Made by a program: the position numbers and the translations under genes. From Acidobacteriota bacterium (GTDB lineage Bacteria; Acidobacteriota; Polarisedimenticolia; J045), in the NCBI GenBank assembly GCA_025456425.1, contig JALOKP010000026.1, positions 3,846 through 67,845 on the forward strand: a stretch of DNA of 64,000 nucleotides, in the 5' to 3' direction. The notes beneath the pieces were generated by a model, which saw nothing but the letters and a program-made list of their open reading frames with translations, made no database searches and had not been told where the DNA came from. Each line of letters opens with the position of its first letter. The stretch's first letter is position 1. Positions 61,658 through 64,000 of the stretch are shown here, one piece after another.

Positions 61658-61724
61658 GCCCGTCCAAGTCCTCGGTCGCGCCCCGCCCACCTTGGACGGG
61701 GCGCGACCGAGGACTTGGACGGGC
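61658..61724. repeat. Perfect 28-bp inverted repeat (stem-loop with an 11-nt loop) between the anti-sigma stop and fumC
   Basis: gcccgtccaagtcctcggtcgcgccccg - cccaccttgga - cggggcgcgaccgaggacttggacgggc. The right arm ends 2 nt from the anti-sigma stop codon (61727). No U-tract follows on the transcribed (minus) strand. Confidence 0.8.
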
Positions 61725-61726
61725 TT

Positions 61727-62530
61727 CTAGACCGCCTTCATCGCGAACGCGAACGCGAGCTGCACGACCTCCGCTCGCGGCAGATCGGACGCCAGGAGGC
61801 AGACGACCGTCCCCTCCCGCCAGAAGACGGAGGTCACGCCGTCGCGCTCGTAGACGAAGAAATCGATCCCCTCGCGCGCCCGGCGCTCGACCTCGCGAGG
61901 AAGCTCGTCGACGTTTCCGAAGAACATCTGACAGACGAGCCAGCGTCCGCGGTCGTCCTGGTAGGCGAAGAGCGCGCTCGGGCGCCGGGCGAAGCGGTTG
62001 ACCCGGCCTCCGGCCAACCGCCAGCCCATCATGCCGAGATCGAGCACGCGCGGCGTGAAGCTGATTCCTCCCTCGGCGAGGCGCCGCTCGAGGCCCGCCG
62101 GATCGCCCGTCCTCAGGGACAGCGCGAGTTGCCCCCGGGAGAGCGCGCGGAAATCGCGTGCCGACTCGGCGGGGAAATCGAGACGTGTCCAGGCGAAGAC
62201 CAACACGACCGCGAGCACCGTCGAGAGGATCCACCCGGCGGCCCACACCGCGCGCGGCAGCTTTCGCTGGCCCCGCGCCTCGAAGGCCGCCCGTACCTCG
62301 TCGTCGCGGTCGAGCGCGGCCCGCACCCGCGCCTCGAGCCCCGGGGGCGCGTGCTCGGAAGCCAGGCTCTCGTGGGCGGCGCCACGGGCCGCGTCGAGCA
62401 GGGCCAGCTCGGCGCGGCAGCGCGCGCAGCTCGCGAGGTGCTCATCCAGCGCTACCCGCTCGGCCCCGGCGAGGCGGCCGTCGAGCAGCTCGTGCAGTGC
62501 GTCACGCGGATGCTCGCGGCCGTCAGTCAT
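61727..62530 (-). CDS. Zinc-finger anti-sigma factor (single-TM, ChrR/RsdA-like)
   Basis: N-terminal HELLDGRLAGAERVALDEHLASCARCRAEL (HX3CX2C). Central TM VWAAGWILSTVLAVVLVFAW. 8-nt overlap with the ECF sigma gene. Confidence 0.75.
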   Translation of the reverse strand: MTDGREHPRDALHELLDGRLAGAERVALDEHLASCARCRAELALLDAARGAAHESLASEHAPPGLEARVRAALDRDDEVRAAFEARGQRKLPRAVWAAGWILSTVLAVVLVFAWTRLDFPAESARDFRALSRGQLALSLRTGDPAGLERRLAEGGISFTPRVLDLGMMGWRLAGGRVNRFARRPSALFAYQDDRGRWLVCQMFFGNVDELPREVERRAREGIDFFVYERDGVTSVFWREGTVVCLLASDLPRAEVVQLAFAFAMKAV

Positions 62531-63122
62531 GCTTCCCGCTCATCGTCCGGAAGCTGCGGCTCGCGGCCCAGTCGGCCAGTTCGGCAGCGAGGGCGCGCCG
62601 GCCACGGAACAGCCGCGAGCGCAGCGTTCCTGCCGGGCAGCCGAGTGTCGCCGCCGCGTCCTCGTAGGACAGCTCCTCGCCGTCGACCAGCAGCACGGCA
62701 GTCCGGTAGGGCTCGGGCAGGCGGTCGAACGCCGCCTCCACTGCGGAGCGGCCCCACGACAGGTTCGGATGATCGAGGATTGCGCGATAGGCCGCCGGAT
62801 CGGGGACCTCCAGTACGCGATCGAACCGCGCCTCATAGTCCTCGATCGAGAGCGTCCCCCGCTCGCGGGCCTGCATCCGGTAGGCGTTGTTGAAGATCGA
62901 ATACAGGATGGTCGACAGCCAGGCCCTGCCGTTGGCTCCCGGGACGGAGCCATCGAACGTCCGGTAGGCGCGGAGAAGCGTTTCCCGGACGAGATCCGGC
63001 ACGGACGACTCGTCCCGCAGCAGGCGTCGTGCCGTCCCGGCGAGAGTCGGGAGGAGCGGCATCGCGAGCGCCTCGAAGGCTTCGCGCCGCTGGCGGGCCG
63101 GATGCTCGGCTCGGGTGCTCAT
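62523..63122 (-). CDS. ECF (group IV) RNA polymerase sigma factor
   Basis: Sigma70 region 2 (VRETLLRAYRTFD...WLSTILYSIFNNAYR) and region 4 (YRTAVLLVDGEELSYEDAAATLGCPAGTLRSRLFRGR). Confidence 0.85.
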   Translation of the reverse strand: MSTRAEHPARQRREAFEALAMPLLPTLAGTARRLLRDESSVPDLVRETLLRAYRTFDGSVPGANGRAWLSTILYSIFNNAYRMQARERGTLSIEDYEARFDRVLEVPDPAAYRAILDHPNLSWGRSAVEAAFDRLPEPYRTAVLLVDGEELSYEDAAATLGCPAGTLRSRLFRGRRALAAELADWAASRSFRTMSGKHD

Positions 63123-63964
63123 CGCAGGGCGCGATAAACGAGATCGGCGACAATCGCATTGCCAGCGACTGAGTAATGACCCTTGAAGATCGTTGAAATG
63201 CCAGCACGCCTGGCTTCAGCGACGAGTGCCGGAGCCGGGTCAATGAGCGTGTGGCGAGCCGAGAGCTCGTCCAGCATGTCGCGATAGTCGAGATCCTTGC
63301 CCTCGAGGAGCGTTTCCACGTCTCCCTGTTGCGGAAGATGTACGATGACTACTTCGGACTCCCGACTTGCTTCGCTCACGAAGGCGTCGAAGAGCGCGAG
63401 ACAAAGCTGCATCTCGCCACTCTCGATGTCATAGAAGTCCTTGTACGTTGCTTGCTCGTGAACGGCTGAGAGGAGTGAACGAATGACCATCACAGCCTTC
63501 AGGTGATCGGAGAGAAAGCTGCCTTGATAGTCGTCAGGATTGTAATAATGCTCAAACGCGCGGAGAGGACTACGGTCGAAAGCCGCTACCTCCTCGGGGA
63601 GCTCGTGATAATCGATGGTGGGAGAATTCACGAGTTGCAGCGTGCCTTGTCGGAGCAGGAAGCGAGGTTTCGAGAAGGGGATGTTCGACTGCCGCTGCAG
63701 GAACACCCGGACTACATTTGGATTTCGTCGACAGTTCTCGGTCTGGAAGCCGATGACAACCGCGTCCGGGCTGTACCTTCTTCCCGCGTGCTTCCAGAGC
63801 AGATACGCCTGGTCGTTGCCGCAGCCGCCCACGCCGAAGTTCAGCACCTGGACTGCGGAGCCGCGCTCATCGAGCAGAGTCTGCAAGTGCGCGGCCCAGG
63901 TCTCGCTGTTCGCGACATCATCACCGTGAACAAACGAATCGCCGAAGAGCGCTATCCGTCTCAC
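63119..63964 (-). CDS. SGNH/GDSL-family hydrolase
   Basis: N-terminal block I MRRIALFGDSFVHGD (the GDS(F) motif). The start is ATGA-overlapped by the sigma gene. Local GC is visibly lower than the rest of the window. The first codon may be a GTG at 63964, or the gene may extend beyond the window. Confidence 0.65.
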   Translation of the reverse strand: MRRIALFGDSFVHGDDVANSETWAAHLQTLLDERGSAVQVLNFGVGGCGNDQAYLLWKHAGRRYSPDAVVIGFQTENCRRNPNVVRVFLQRQSNIPFSKPRFLLRQGTLQLVNSPTIDYHELPEEVAAFDRSPLRAFEHYYNPDDYQGSFLSDHLKAVMVIRSLLSAVHEQATYKDFYDIESGEMQLCLALFDAFVSEASRESEVVIVHLPQQGDVETLLEGKDLDYRDMLDELSARHTLIDPAPALVAEARRAGISTIFKGHYSVAGNAIVADLVYRALR

Positions 63965-64000
63965 TCCAGCAGGCTTCTCGAGCGTGAAATCCGTGTCGGC

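Overview
The window is a high-GC (about 70%) chromosomal segment from a Gram-negative bacterium, densely coded on both strands. Outer-membrane proteins, lipoproteins and large hybrid sensor kinases suggest Myxococcota, Gemmatimonadota or a similar phylum, but that is a guess. Most six-frame ORFs are high-GC artefacts. Real genes were picked by recognisable protein families, signal peptides, Shine-Dalgarno spacing and operon logic (ATGA/GTGA start-stop overlaps).

Main content, in order:
- a truncated multi-domain carboxypeptidase-regulatory-like protein;
- a PDZ protein, then a HlyD adaptor with two FtsX-type permeases (MacAB-like, no ATPase nearby);
- a pyruvate dehydrogenase E1 gene (aceE) interrupted by two deletion-plus-frameshift lesions;
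- an Opp/Dpp-type binding protein converging on dppB/dppC-like permeases that lack ATPases;
- three paralogous hybrid histidine kinases with different sensor domains, two of them preceded by copies of a ~178-bp element with ~23-bp terminal inverted repeats;
- a secreted S8 subtilase whose C-terminus is about 17-20 tandem copies of the hexapeptide DGILWG (18-bp DNA repeat);
- a textbook trp attenuator (28-aa leader with Trp-Trp-Trp, antiterminator and terminator) driving a nine-gene trpE-trpG-trpD-trpCF-trpB-trpA-DAHP synthase-aroA-aroE supraoperon;
- a sulfatase/TPR lipoprotein, sppA, and a potABCD operon preceded by an outer-membrane beta-barrel gene;
- an S1-domain protein and an M1 metallopeptidase;
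- a B12-binding radical SAM enzyme translationally coupled to a small cytochrome c and a secreted unknown protein, divergent from an MFS transporter with an AT-rich palindrome between them;
- a frameshifted TauE/TSUP exporter, a PLP-dependent decarboxylase and two paralogous secreted unknowns;
- a heterodimeric ABC exporter pair;
- fumC preceded by a 28-bp perfect hairpin, then an ECF sigma / anti-sigma / GDSL hydrolase module with lower GC at the window edge.

No rRNA, tRNA, CRISPR or transposase was recognised.
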